Virus record (IMG/VR): IMGVR_UViG_3300045988_174937
DNA from: a virus
Strand: one strand, 5' to 3'
Length of the DNA stretch: 64,000 nt
Numbering within the stretch: the first letter of the stretch is position 1; the number at the start of each line of letters is the position of its first letter. The translations under genes and the position numbers were made by a program. The notes beneath the pieces were generated by a model, which was not told the origin of the DNA, did no database searches, and saw only the letters and a list, made by a program, of their open reading frames with translations. This document shows, in pieces, positions 1 through 9,781 of the stretch.

Positions 1-96
1 ATGACAGCTATTGAACAGAACCAGGATTCGTTGGTTTGTACGCTGGAAATTAAGACAAAGTACAACGATAAGGTGACCAAAAAAGTAAAACTATGA
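1..96 (+). CDS. partial CDS (3' end only) of a virion-module gene entering from upstream
   Basis: Frame 1 is open from nt 1 to TGA at 94-96. The stop overlaps the next start as ATGA (93-96). Confidence 0.4.
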   Translation: MTAIEQNQDSLVCTLEIKTKYNDKVTKKVKL

Positions 97-1352
97 TAAC
101 GCAGATAACGTCCATCGAGGAGTTGAAGCAGATGTGGCTGGAAATACTCCTGAACAAAACCGACAAGATATCCGATGTATCGGCCGAGTCGGTTTTGAAC
201 GCCATAGCCTATGCCGATTCCAAGATCGGCCAGAAGATTATGGTGAATCAGGCGGTTATCGAGGGACACATCTTCCCGGATACCGCCGCCGGGGAATACC
301 TCGACGCGCTGGCTGCGTTACGGGGCGTGGCGCCGCGTTTCGGAGCGGCTCCGGCTACTACCTACGTCCGCGTGATTGGCGACCCTGGTACGTTCTACCA
401 GGCGGGCACGATGTTTACCTCGACAACGGGGTTGACGTTTGTTTCGACAGAAGACGTTACCATTGGCGGCGTTGACGATACAGGCACCGTGGTTGTAAAT
501 TCGCGTATGGCGTATATCCCCGTTCGCTGTACGAAGTCCGGTGCTACTACTAACGTTCCGCCGCTGTCGTTGAACCGGGTCAACCCTACGCCTCCCGGAC
601 ACCAGAGTTGTACCAACGAATACCAGGCCACGGGCGGCCGCGACCAGGAAGACGATGAAACGTTCCGTATCCGTATCAAAGAAAGCGTCAATCAACTGGC
701 GATGAACACGCTCGCGCAGTTGGAGCAAGTGCTGATGAAAATCAACCCGCGGGTGTTGCGGATATTGAAAGGCGGGTATGGCGAAACGCAGACCACCGGG
801 TCGGCCGCTGAAAGCCGCATCAACCTTACGGTGGTTTCGGTCAACGGCCAGAACTTTACCCAGGAGGAGTTTGACGAAATGTATTCCCGCGCTGAGGAAT
901 ATCTGTGCTTGACCGACCTGCTGCGCGTTTCTATCGCCGGAGCACGTTACCCGGCTATCAACCTGCGTAACGTAAACTGGCTGGCCGTGAATGTTGACTT
1001 TCGTGTTGATATCGACCCGGCGTACAATACCGACGACGTCCGTACCCAGATTCAACTCCAAATGAACAAACTGTTCGACTACCGCTTCTGGGAGCCGGGC
1101 GACAAGGTGGAGTGGGAAGATATGTTGTACGTCGTCAAGAACGTCGAGGGCGTGCGCTACGTTCCCGATACGCATTTCAACCCCAGCTACGACATCAACG
1201 TCCCCGAATACACGTTACCGCGCATACGCAGTTTCGTGATGCGTGACTTGGACGGCAACGTGATTATCGACAACAACGGCGTTCTTTCTGAGGTATTCTA
1301 CCCTAACGTCGAAGACGCAAACTACCAAGCAACCGTGTTAATGTCCATCTGA
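93..1352 (+). CDS. baseplate J-like protein (gpJ/gp47 family)
   Basis: 419 aa. The N-terminal pattern SAESVLNAIAYADSKIG...GEYLDALAALRGVAPRFGAAPATTYVRVIGDPGTFYQAGTMFTS..GLTFVSTEDVTIGG matches what I recall for Baseplate_J proteins. It heads a tail-fibre cluster. Confidence 0.6.
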   Translation: MITQITSIEELKQMWLEILLNKTDKISDVSAESVLNAIAYADSKIGQKIMVNQAVIEGHIFPDTAAGEYLDALAALRGVAPRFGAAPATTYVRVIGDPGTFYQAGTMFTSTTGLTFVSTEDVTIGGVDDTGTVVVNSRMAYIPVRCTKSGATTNVPPLSLNRVNPTPPGHQSCTNEYQATGGRDQEDDETFRIRIKESVNQLAMNTLAQLEQVLMKINPRVLRILKGGYGETQTTGSAAESRINLTVVSVNGQNFTQEEFDEMYSRAEEYLCLTDLLRVSIAGARYPAINLRNVNWLAVNVDFRVDIDPAYNTDDVRTQIQLQMNKLFDYRFWEPGDKVEWEDMLYVVKNVEGVRYVPDTHFNPSYDINVPEYTLPRIRSFVMRDLDGNVIIDNNGVLSEVFYPNVEDANYQATVLMSI

Positions 1353-1353
1353 T

Positions 1354-3477
1354 ATGAATCTCACTACCTCCATACGCAGCAAGGTCGTTATCTCGCCATC
1401 GAACGAGGTGACGATTATGGCCGAGGCCGCGGGTAAACTGCCTGAAATCTACGAGGCAGAGATTCTCCAGGGACCTAAGACCATCAACAATACGAAAGGC
1501 GTTCAGGGCGACCTGATGATAAGCCTGGACAAGCCGCCCGCCGATGCTTCGCTTACGAGCGACGGGCGGTTGCTGTTGACGGTTACGGATGGCGAAGAAA
1601 CAAAGTATCGCCGCGACGGAGCTGACCTGGTGTATGACCGCACCGAGGACCCCGAACTTAGCAACGTGATGGCCTCTGTGGGTGACCAACTGTTGGTGGC
1701 GATTACGTGCGATATATCGGGCCGTGTGTCGTTGACGGAGTTTGTTGACGACCTAACGGGTGGCGCCCCTACGGATGTCGTGCGGTTGTTCCAGGTGTCG
1801 GCTGACGGTATTTTCTGGACCGAGTGGGCAGAACTTACCAACGAGGCCTTAAAAGCACTGGACCCCATTACGGCCGACGGTACGATGATGGTCTCGATAC
1901 AGTACATGCGCCAAGGCGGCGATGCTCCTATCGAGTTCAAGTCCGTTATGTTTACAGGCACGGTGGAGCCTATTCGGTTTGTGGCTCCTACCATCGACGA
2001 GTCGATATTCGCTTCCGTGGCGTCGTCAGAACAGACTAAGCGCATCGAACGTAACCTGTTCAAGAAATTATACTACCGCGGCGTGATGGCGCAATACGTT
2101 ACACGCGGCGCCGACCGTAACTACGACGAAGACCGTGATTACGTGTCGTTGTTCTCGACCGTGGGGCGTTTCTTCGCTATGATGGTATCGTTCGCCAAAC
2201 GGTTCGAAAACATCTACAACGACTTCGACCTACTGCGGGAGTACGTTCGCCAGATAGGATTGTATTTCGACGAAAAGAGCGTCACGTTAGAAGAACTCCA
2301 GTATCTGGCCTCACACTACTACGACGAAATCCGCAAACGCGGTACGTCGATGGTATTCGCTCGTAAGGGCGACGGCCGCCCCTACAACGGCGAATTTGTA
2401 CGGCTGTTCGGTATTGAGGATAGCGACGAGTTGCTGACCGACAACCTGCCCGCCTCGAAGATGGGGTGGTGCCTGGGGCAATCATCACCACTGTATCGCG
2501 GCGTGGGTGATTCTAACCAGCTGAATAAAACTCGTGAAACGTCGCCCGACTTCGAGTCGTTAGACGACTTTGTTACTACGGGTAACGTCGCTATTGAGGA
2601 AATAGCCGACCAGTACATAGTAGGTTACGACCGCGAGAAGAAAACCCCGGTTTACAAGAACAAGGTTTGCCTGAAGATTACCGGCAGCGGCGGGTTAGGC
2701 CGCGGCGACGTCACTACTCCGGTGGACGACCGTGTGTACCGTGCCGACTGCAACCTTTCGTACGAGGTGTCGTTCTGGATGAAGAGCGATGGTAAAGGCA
2801 CGCTGAATTTCGGCACCGAGGGTTTCAACATCTTCAAGACGGTAATCGCTGGCGGTTTCGCCCGCCTGGATTCTACACAGGTAACGGACTATTTCGCCAA
2901 CGAACTACCCCTTTCCACCCTAAAGGCCAACACGTGGTATCACGTCCGCGGTATTATCCATGCTTACAGCACGAAGCCTGTCACCATCAACGCCCCAGGC
3001 CTTAACATCGCTCCGCACCTGGGGACCCAGTTGTGTTACAACAACTATTCTGTCGAGTACATTCTCCCGAAGATTCAACTCGGCGGCGACGACGCCACGG
3101 CCACGCTCTACATATGGGACTACAAGATACGCCCGCTGGTGTACGGCCGCAATATCCTTCCGTTGAAGGAAACGCTCCGCGTCGATGCCCGTTCTAACGG
3201 CTTCATCCAGTCACAGCGGTTATTCTACATCTTCTTGAAGAATAACAACAACACGATGTCTCAGGCCCAGTTGGAGCAAATCGTGAATAAGTACTTGATT
3301 CCGTACGGATTCCAGCCCGTATTCGTTTACGGTACGACGCCCGTTAATACGTCCACTACGCCGTCGGAATTCGCGCCGTATCTGGTGTTGACGCCAAATT
3401 CAATTATCATAAACACAAACGGCGATAGCGGTCTTGTGGACCTGAAGACCAACACTAACGTCATAAAAGTCGAATAA
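1354..3477 (+). CDS. virion structural protein, baseplate/tail-fibre module (function unknown)
   Basis: 707-aa ORF starting 2 nt after the baseplate J stop. No motif recognised. Confidence 0.6.
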   Translation: MNLTTSIRSKVVISPSNEVTIMAEAAGKLPEIYEAEILQGPKTINNTKGVQGDLMISLDKPPADASLTSDGRLLLTVTDGEETKYRRDGADLVYDRTEDPELSNVMASVGDQLLVAITCDISGRVSLTEFVDDLTGGAPTDVVRLFQVSADGIFWTEWAELTNEALKALDPITADGTMMVSIQYMRQGGDAPIEFKSVMFTGTVEPIRFVAPTIDESIFASVASSEQTKRIERNLFKKLYYRGVMAQYVTRGADRNYDEDRDYVSLFSTVGRFFAMMVSFAKRFENIYNDFDLLREYVRQIGLYFDEKSVTLEELQYLASHYYDEIRKRGTSMVFARKGDGRPYNGEFVRLFGIEDSDELLTDNLPASKMGWCLGQSSPLYRGVGDSNQLNKTRETSPDFESLDDFVTTGNVAIEEIADQYIVGYDREKKTPVYKNKVCLKITGSGGLGRGDVTTPVDDRVYRADCNLSYEVSFWMKSDGKGTLNFGTEGFNIFKTVIAGGFARLDSTQVTDYFANELPLSTLKANTWYHVRGIIHAYSTKPVTINAPGLNIAPHLGTQLCYNNYSVEYILPKIQLGGDDATATLYIWDYKIRPLVYGRNILPLKETLRVDARSNGFIQSQRLFYIFLKNNNNTMSQAQLEQIVNKYLIPYGFQPVFVYGTTPVNTSTTPSEFAPYLVLTPNSIIINTNGDSGLVDLKTNTNVIKVE

Positions 3478-3479
3478 AT

Positions 3480-4844
3480 ATGTCGAAACTGAAACTGTCA
3501 CCGAACCTCTTTCTGGAGGTAGCCGAATTGGAGAACTTTCGCCGCCTGATGGTGGATGAGGGTTACAAGGCGGTGTTTAAGTCCATGGTAAAAAATTTCG
3601 GAATCGCTCGCGATTACGACAACAACGCTTTTGAAATCACGGCCACTGGCGAGGCGGACATTGTCTCGATTGCGCCAGGCGTGGCGTGGACTAAGGACTT
3701 CGACCGCATCATCAGCCGTGAAGCCGTAACGCTGCAGGCCATTCAATCCGAAACCAAGACGTGGGTCATCCTTTCACGCGCCGTAACCAACTACGAGGCT
3801 GGAACGGTTTCCGTCACTACCGACGGCACCCTCACAGGCGTCGGAACCGAATTCACAAAGGTTCTTCGCGGTGGCGATAATTTCCCTAACGCTGTCAAGT
3901 TTATCGACTCTACCAAGAACATCCTCAACTACGAGGTTATCAACGTGGTCTCCGACACGTCGGCCGTTATTGCCGCTCCGGCCGTGGCTGAAAGCAACCT
4001 CCGCTATGGCGTGGTGGGGGCGTTCACGCCGGGCTTCGTGCCGTCATCGGCCAACGAACTTATCTACGAATACGACTCGTTCCAGGTACGGATGGTACAG
4101 TCGGATACGGTTCCCGAAATACAGGCAGGCGAAGAATTCATCATCGCCCAGCTGAACTGGGAAAACGGCGAGATGTCGATTGTCGATATGCGTAACTCGT
4201 GTACGTTCAATGTGGAGCCGACGGAGGAAATAGCCGCGGCCTCTTTCAATATCGTCAGCGTACTCAACGTGGAACGTTACGGCAATATGCTGCGTATCGC
4301 CGTCGAGAACGGCTACACTATTACAGGCTTCGAAATCCGGTCGTCAGACCTCCAGTTCCGTATTTTGGAGGGTAACAACAACGTTCTTGGTACGGTATCG
4401 AGCGCGGGGGGAACTATCCCGTCGTCGGTGTTTGCCGGATGGACGCTGTTCAACCGCGCTACCGGCAAGGGCGTGAGAATCGTGGATAACGCCAACACTA
4501 CCCTTACGCTGGCTTCATGGAGCGGCGATATCGCCCTCGGTGAGAGGGACGACTTCGTTATCGTACCTACGGTGGCCGATATCGAATACCAACTCGTGGC
4601 TTTGGACGGCGGGGCGACTACTTGGGGCGGTGTCCGTACCACGGCCCGCTTCCCGGTAACGGACGCCCAGGCCAATATCTTCGTTCCGCTCAACAGCGGT
4701 CAAACCTCTCTCTCGTTGCGCTATCGCGACATCGACGGCCGCAACGCAAGTGCCTTCAAGACGCTTTCGCCGGCGGGGTATAAGGACCTCATCGACGGGA
4801 TGTCGAAAATATTGACGAACTCTGTTTTGATCGTGAATTTATGA
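3480..4844 (+). CDS. virion structural protein, baseplate/tail-fibre module (function unknown)
   Basis: 454-aa ORF tightly coupled to its neighbours. No motif recognised. Confidence 0.6.
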   Translation: MSKLKLSPNLFLEVAELENFRRLMVDEGYKAVFKSMVKNFGIARDYDNNAFEITATGEADIVSIAPGVAWTKDFDRIISREAVTLQAIQSETKTWVILSRAVTNYEAGTVSVTTDGTLTGVGTEFTKVLRGGDNFPNAVKFIDSTKNILNYEVINVVSDTSAVIAAPAVAESNLRYGVVGAFTPGFVPSSANELIYEYDSFQVRMVQSDTVPEIQAGEEFIIAQLNWENGEMSIVDMRNSCTFNVEPTEEIAAASFNIVSVLNVERYGNMLRIAVENGYTITGFEIRSSDLQFRILEGNNNVLGTVSSAGGTIPSSVFAGWTLFNRATGKGVRIVDNANTTLTLASWSGDIALGERDDFVIVPTVADIEYQLVALDGGATTWGGVRTTARFPVTDAQANIFVPLNSGQTSLSLRYRDIDGRNASAFKTLSPAGYKDLIDGMSKILTNSVLIVNL

Positions 4845-5734
4845 TGCTCTTTCTGACAGGCGCGCCTAACTCGCTCGCGACGTCGCCCGACGCGCCTCAA
4901 AACGACCCCCGCATGAGCCTGGGGGGCTACGTGAGTTCAACCCCGGTTCCTAACTCGGCGTTGAACGCACTATTCGACCAGGTATCGTTGCTGACGTTAC
5001 AGAATCGCCCGACGGAATGCATGGCGTTCGCGCTTATTAACAAGAACATGCAACCCGCCGCCGACGTTGAAATCAAGATTGTAGGGGCCGACGATGACCT
5101 CTGTCAGTTCGAGGTAGCCGCCGTTGCGGTGAAGAACCTGCAGATGGAATCGTTGCGCAGCCGTTATCAATTACCTATCGGCGCTACGTTCTACAACGCC
5201 GACTTCCGCCGTGCAGGCGTTCAGGTGACCATACAATCGCCCGCAGCACTCAGCGAGGAGTTTGTACTGGACCCGTTTAATATTCTCGTCAAATCGCCTG
5301 AAACGGCCGATTACGAGGGAACGTTTAATGCCGTTAAGGCGGCGTTCGCCGACAGTTCGGTCTGGCAGGTAGTGTACGTGAGTGAAAAGGTCTTCCGCAT
5401 CGAACGTAAAGATTACGAAGCTATCGACCCATTCCCCGTCAGCGTCATGGCTGAGGAAGACGGCAAGATACGTTTGGAGTTTGACGGCGACTTCCGTAAC
5501 GCCATCAACAATACGTTGCTGGTGGCCGAAACGCTTCAACCCGACGCTTGTATCGGGCTGTGGATAAAACGTACCATCAAAGAAACGGCTCACAAGACCT
5601 GTGAGCAGCTGTTCAAGGAGTACGACGAAAAAGTCAAAGAGGAAACTATAGAACGTATTTCGATAATCGTCAATTATAACCTTGTTGACACTCGTGAATA
5701 CAGCGACGAGTACAACGAACAAGATTATTCATAG
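4841..5734 (+). CDS. hypothetical virion-module protein
   Basis: 297-aa ORF with an ATGA overlap onto the upstream stop. Confidence 0.6.
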   Translation: MMLFLTGAPNSLATSPDAPQNDPRMSLGGYVSSTPVPNSALNALFDQVSLLTLQNRPTECMAFALINKNMQPAADVEIKIVGADDDLCQFEVAAVAVKNLQMESLRSRYQLPIGATFYNADFRRAGVQVTIQSPAALSEEFVLDPFNILVKSPETADYEGTFNAVKAAFADSSVWQVVYVSEKVFRIERKDYEAIDPFPVSVMAEEDGKIRLEFDGDFRNAINNTLLVAETLQPDACIGLWIKRTIKETAHKTCEQLFKEYDEKVKEETIERISIIVNYNLVDTREYSDEYNEQDYS

Positions 5735-5738
5735 CCAT

Positions 5739-6857
5739 ATGCCACTGTCTTATAACGACGTCCGGAAACTTATCCTTCAGACCCTCGAAGAGCGGCCGGA
5801 GGGGACCAAAGTAGAGGTCCCCAACCAGCAGAACTACGAGTTGGCACTGTTGGACTACGTTCAGCAGTTGGAGACAACGATGAGCACGTCGATGGTCGGT
5901 ATTGCCGACGCTGAAACGGAGCCTATCGAACCGCCTTCAGCTCGTGTCGCCTACCTGTCGCAGGTAGGTGTTAAATCCACCGTAACGTACAAGAATTTCG
6001 TTGACGCCCAGCTGAACCCGCTGGTCGTTACGACGGACGAAAGCCACGTGGCGTTTGTCACCTTGTTCTGGAATACCAACTACTGGCAGTTACAAGCCGT
6101 TATGATTCCCGTTATCGCTGGCTCCAGCGGTACGATGGATTATAACGAACTTGAGAACCTCCCCTCTATTAACGGTGTTACGATTAAGGGCGATCTGACG
6201 GCCGAAATGTTAGGGCTGGTTTCGTCTGAAATTTTCGACCAATACAAGAAAGCCACTGACCAACGATTAGACGTTATCGAGGAGGCGTTGTTCGGCTCCA
6301 AAGCCGCGCTGCAAGTAGCGGCTGTTCCGCCCAGTATTACGGCTGGCGTACTTACTGACGTAACGATTAGCTGGTCCACCAAGTTCGACGGCGAGGAAGT
6401 GACGCCCGATTCGCTTACGGTTAAGCGCGGCGACACCGTACTAACGACCGATGTGGCGCTTAAGAGCGTTGTAGACCACATATCGGAGACTGCTCAGTAC
6501 ACGGTAACGGCTGTGATAAAAGGCGTCGCCAAATCGGCTGAAATCGCCGTGGAGGCAAACGCCAAAATGTACTACGGCGCCACCCCGAAAGATACCCTCG
6601 CTGAAGCCGACGTGCTGGCCTTTACGGCCCGTGAAATCGAGACTACTCCGGCAGGCGATATCGAAGTGCCGTTTGGCGAGGTGGCCTATCTGTGGGTGTG
6701 CGTGCCTGCGCCTATGACCATCAAGGGCGTTTCGTCGAGCGGTTTCGGCGTACCTATGAAGCCTGCAGTGGAGGTAACGGTTGAAGGAAACAATTACAAT
6801 TGCTACCGAAGTGCCAACCAGTTTACGGCGGGCGACTTCATCGGTGTTATATCATAA
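5739..6857 (+). CDS. tail fibre / receptor-binding protein, paralog A
   Basis: ATG at 5739; the ORF-track TTG at 5682 would overlap the upstream gene. The C-terminal ~190 aa are homologous to the product of 6870..7901 (WSTKFDGEEVTPDSLTVKRGD vs WSTKFNNQEIEPDSLEVKKGN; YLWVCVP vs YLWLCVP; YNCYRSANQF vs YKCYRSASPF). Confidence 0.65.
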   Translation: MPLSYNDVRKLILQTLEERPEGTKVEVPNQQNYELALLDYVQQLETTMSTSMVGIADAETEPIEPPSARVAYLSQVGVKSTVTYKNFVDAQLNPLVVTTDESHVAFVTLFWNTNYWQLQAVMIPVIAGSSGTMDYNELENLPSINGVTIKGDLTAEMLGLVSSEIFDQYKKATDQRLDVIEEALFGSKAALQVAAVPPSITAGVLTDVTISWSTKFDGEEVTPDSLTVKRGDTVLTTDVALKSVVDHISETAQYTVTAVIKGVAKSAEIAVEANAKMYYGATPKDTLAEADVLAFTAREIETTPAGDIEVPFGEVAYLWVCVPAPMTIKGVSSSGFGVPMKPAVEVTVEGNNYNCYRSANQFTAGDFIGVIS

Positions 6858-6869
6858 TTTCAAAGTACC

Positions 6870-7901
6870 ATGGGAGAATACATTAACATCTATGGCTTGC
6901 TTTTCGCGAAGACCGCCGACGGCAAACTCGCGTTCACAGGCCAAATCTGGGACGAGGAACTGCAAAAGTTCCAGTCCGACATCAACAAGTCGACCCCCCA
7001 GCTGGGCGAGGACGGCAAACTGCCCGCCGACCTGCTTCCGGAGTCGCTTCAGAACGCCACTTCGACCGAGGTCGTTGAGTCGCTTCCTCAAACGGGTGAG
7101 GCCAACAAGATTTACCTCGTCAAGCGCGAGGGCAGCGACCCCGTTGTCTATGACGCCTCGATGTGGATTGACGGCGCGTGGGCTTCGTTCGGCGGTAGCG
7201 GCGGAGGTGAGGTCACAGGGGCCGTTCGTTACGACGAAGCGCAGGGCCTGGAAGACGCTCAGAAAACCCAGGCTCGCGAGAATATCGGAGCGGCTTCACA
7301 GAAAGACGTTGACGATATCAACCAAATCCTGTTCACCCAGTACACCGCTCTGTCGATGAGCCGTACCCCGGCCTCGTTCGAAAAGGGCGTTGAAACCGAG
7401 GTGACGCTGAACTGGTCCACCAAGTTCAACAACCAGGAAATCGAACCCGATTCGCTTGAGGTCAAGAAAGGCAACGAGGTTCTCACCTCCGACAAGACGC
7501 TCAAGACCATCAAGGATTCGGTGACCAACACCCAGGCATACTCCATGACGGCCGTCATCAAAGGCATCACCAAGACCGCTTCGGTAACGGTTAACGCCTA
7601 CTATCCGATGTATTTCGGTGCGTCGGCTAAGACCGCTCTGGAGTCGGCTGATATTCTGGCCATGACCAAGCAACCCATCAAGTCGTCGCCTGCGGGTAAC
7701 GCAACGGTTGAGGTCGGCGCCAACGAGTATCTCTGGCTGTGTGTTCCCTCGACGATGTCCATCAACAGCGTGAAATCGGGCGGTTTCGACGTACCGATGG
7801 CCGCTCCGGTAACGGTTGCCGTTGACGGTAAGGGGGATTACAAATGCTACCGCAGCGCAAGTCCGTTTGCGGAGGGTACGTTTAACGGTGTAATTGCGTA
7901 A
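6870..7901 (+). CDS. tail fibre / receptor-binding protein, paralog B
   Basis: The C-terminal domain is paralogous to 5739..6857. The N-terminal ~95 aa are paralogous to 7907..8134. Confidence 0.65.
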   Translation: MGEYINIYGLLFAKTADGKLAFTGQIWDEELQKFQSDINKSTPQLGEDGKLPADLLPESLQNATSTEVVESLPQTGEANKIYLVKREGSDPVVYDASMWIDGAWASFGGSGGGEVTGAVRYDEAQGLEDAQKTQARENIGAASQKDVDDINQILFTQYTALSMSRTPASFEKGVETEVTLNWSTKFNNQEIEPDSLEVKKGNEVLTSDKTLKTIKDSVTNTQAYSMTAVIKGITKTASVTVNAYYPMYFGASAKTALESADILAMTKQPIKSSPAGNATVEVGANEYLWLCVPSTMSINSVKSGGFDVPMAAPVTVAVDGKGDYKCYRSASPFAEGTFNGVIA

Positions 7902-7906
7902 GGGTC

Positions 7907-8134
7907 ATGGCAGAAATCAATATCTATGGACTCCTTCACTGCAAGGCGGCTGACGGAAAGTTGGCGCGGACTGCGCAAGTCTTTGACGAAGACGAGCAAG
8001 AGTTTCAGAGTGTGATTAATGCCAAAACCGTTCGTTCAGTTACAGTTCGCGGTGTAGAAATCACCGAAAACGCTCCCTCTAAACAAGACAACATTTTGTA
8101 CATCGAGGTAAAACCAGAAACCGATGGCCAATAG
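7907..8134 (+). CDS. short paralog of the tail-fibre N-terminal (anchor) module
   Basis: MAEINIYGLLHCKAADGKLARTAQVFDEDEQEFQSVINAKT aligns with MGEYINIYGLLFAKTADGKLAFTGQIWDEELQKFQSDINKST of 6870..7901. Also NILYIEVKPE vs NKIYLVKREG. Confidence 0.5.
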   Translation: MAEINIYGLLHCKAADGKLARTAQVFDEDEQEFQSVINAKTVRSVTVRGVEITENAPSKQDNILYIEVKPETDGQ

Positions 8135-8405
8135 AAAGATAGCGGATATGGTACTCAACGGACGGCGTTTGCTGTCCGGCGAGGCCATACGCCGCGTTCT
8201 CTTCAACGGTCAGGTCATCTGGCCCTTTACCGAAGGACAACCCGATCCAACCGTTCAGCGCGTTGTCCTTAATGGCGAAGTGTTGTATGACCGAAGTTCT
8301 TTGCCATATCTTGAAATCGAGAAACTGGTGGTGTACGTAAGCCAGAATCCCGCTGAAGAGAGCAAGAACATGATATTTACGAATACAGAATTTACTGTAG
8401 AATAA
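8124..8405 (+). CDS. hypothetical tail-module protein
   Basis: 93-aa ORF with an 11-nt overlap onto the upstream gene. Confidence 0.5.
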   Translation: MANRKIADMVLNGRRLLSGEAIRRVLFNGQVIWPFTEGQPDPTVQRVVLNGEVLYDRSSLPYLEIEKLVVYVSQNPAEESKNMIFTNTEFTVE

Positions 8406-8426
8406 CCCATTTAATCTAAAAAAGCT

Positions 8427-9053
8427 ATGGCTGATGTATCAAAAAGCTACGTCATCTGTACCCCGGGTTCAGGCTCGGGCGATACCGAGTTGACGCTGAA
8501 AGCTAAGGTTGCCAATCTTGGCAACCGTGTAAACCAGACGGACAATTTTACGATTACCGCGCCTGGTGTGACCCCCAACAAGACGTTCTCCGCCATCCTG
8601 CAGGCTGCTGCTGAGTTCGTGTCGTTCGACGACGGTGCTGAGGCATCGGTGCCGAAAGAAGGAGGAACGGTAGTTCTGGACGGTATGTCGAACGCCGCCG
8701 CCATCACGTTCGCTAAGGGCGATGGTGATATCATCGCCGCCGACGTTTCGGCTATCGCCTATCAGGCTAACGGAGCCGCCGCTACGTCGGGCGCAGACAT
8801 CGAGGGCGACCCCGGTGCCACGAAGAAATTCGCGTTCGTCCTGACGCTGGACGCAGCCGAGAACACTACCATCTCGGAGCGTACCCAGCAAATCACCGCC
8901 ACGACCAAGGGTACTAAGAGCGCTACCATCACGCTGAAGCAGACTGCCGGCGACCCCTACCTGGAAATCGACAAGACTTCGGTCAACGTTCCGCAGGACG
9001 GTTCGGGCGTAACGATCAACGTGACGACCAACACCACGTTCACCGTATCGTAA
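8427..9053 (+). CDS. Ig-like (BACON-like) repeat protein, probable fibre or decoration component
   Basis: Repeated pattern of the type GSGDTELTLKAKV...FTITA and YLEIDKTSVNVPQDGSGVTINVTTNTTFTVS, resembling Bacteroidota BACON/Ig-like domains. Confidence 0.4.
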   Translation: MADVSKSYVICTPGSGSGDTELTLKAKVANLGNRVNQTDNFTITAPGVTPNKTFSAILQAAAEFVSFDDGAEASVPKEGGTVVLDGMSNAAAITFAKGDGDIIAADVSAIAYQANGAAATSGADIEGDPGATKKFAFVLTLDAAENTTISERTQQITATTKGTKSATITLKQTAGDPYLEIDKTSVNVPQDGSGVTINVTTNTTFTVS

Positions 9054-9072
9054 CGTCACCAAACTCTACCAT

Positions 9073-9100
9073 CCCGGAGGCGGGGAGACCTACCTCCGGG
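9073..9100 (+). other. intergenic GC hairpin between two Ig-like protein genes
   Basis: CCCGGAGG (9073-9080) pairs with CCTCCGGG (9093-9100) around a 12-nt loop. No T-run follows. Confidence 0.4.
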
Positions 9101-9116
9101 AACAATTAAACCGCGT

Positions 9117-9428
9117 ATGGCTATTCAGAAAACAACAATTGCTTGGGGAGACGGTTCTGGCGACAGTTTCTATGTGTCGTTCGACCCGGCTAAGCTACCT
9201 GGAACAACCTCGGTTGAAGTGACGTCGGACCCAAACTACACAGGAGTTCAACGTCAAAAGACCGTGACCTTCACCACCGACACACCGGGCGTGCCTACTG
9301 GCTCTCAAAGTTCGCGGCAATTGAAGGTCATACAACTTACCGACAACCTGGTTATTGCTACATGGGACACGGCTCAGACCGTTGGTCTTTACGACAATAC
9401 CACCAAGGCCGGATTCCCCAAGAGTTAG
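9117..9428 (+). CDS. Ig-like (BACON-like) domain protein
   Basis: GDGSGDSFYVSFDPAKLPGTTSVEVTSDPNYTGVQRQKTVTFTT resembles one BACON/Ig-like unit. Confidence 0.4.
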   Translation: MAIQKTTIAWGDGSGDSFYVSFDPAKLPGTTSVEVTSDPNYTGVQRQKTVTFTTDTPGVPTGSQSSRQLKVIQLTDNLVIATWDTAQTVGLYDNTTKAGFPKS

Positions 9429-9462
9429 AAACCTTTTCATTAACACTTTAATAATCAAAATT

Positions 9463-9768
9463 ATGAGCAACACAGAGAAGATTAAGGCCCTCGTCGCCAA
9501 GATTCGCGAAAGCCTGCAGATTACTCCCTACGCCACGATGGAGACGGTCAACGACCTGCTCGAGATTGTTGACCTGAAACTGGCCGATGCTGGTCAGGGC
9601 GGCGGCAGCGCCCAGGTTAACTGGGATGACGTTCAGGGCAAGCCCAACATGGAGGAGTACGCCAAGAAGACCGACCTCCTGCAGACCATCACCCTCACGG
9701 GTACGGCTCAGGGTAGCGGAACGGTCGAGGGTAACACCTGCACCATCAACACCACGGCTGGCGCCTAA
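9463..9768 (+). CDS. small tail-fibre-like protein
   Basis: ATG at 9463 inside ORF 9355..9768. The motif VNWDDVQGKPN is typical of phage fibre proteins. Confidence 0.4.
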   Translation: MSNTEKIKALVAKIRESLQITPYATMETVNDLLEIVDLKLADAGQGGGSAQVNWDDVQGKPNMEEYAKKTDLLQTITLTGTAQGSGTVEGNTCTINTTAGA

Positions 9769-9781
9769 ACTACGGTAGGAT

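Noticed and set aside
318-1175. Long minus-strand ORFs (for example 318..1175, 25393..26172, 36526..37185, 14239..14769, 45095..45646)
   Set aside because: Each lies entirely inside a + strand gene that has strong motif support or tight operon coupling. Their products are Arg/Gly/Val-rich shadow-frame sequences, and none has its own intergenic space, promoter or terminator.
5739-7901. A diversity-generating retroelement acting on the paralogous fibre tips
   Set aside because: No reverse transcriptase is visible in the window. The two C-terminal domains differ at all kinds of positions rather than by adenine-specific substitutions in a short variable region.
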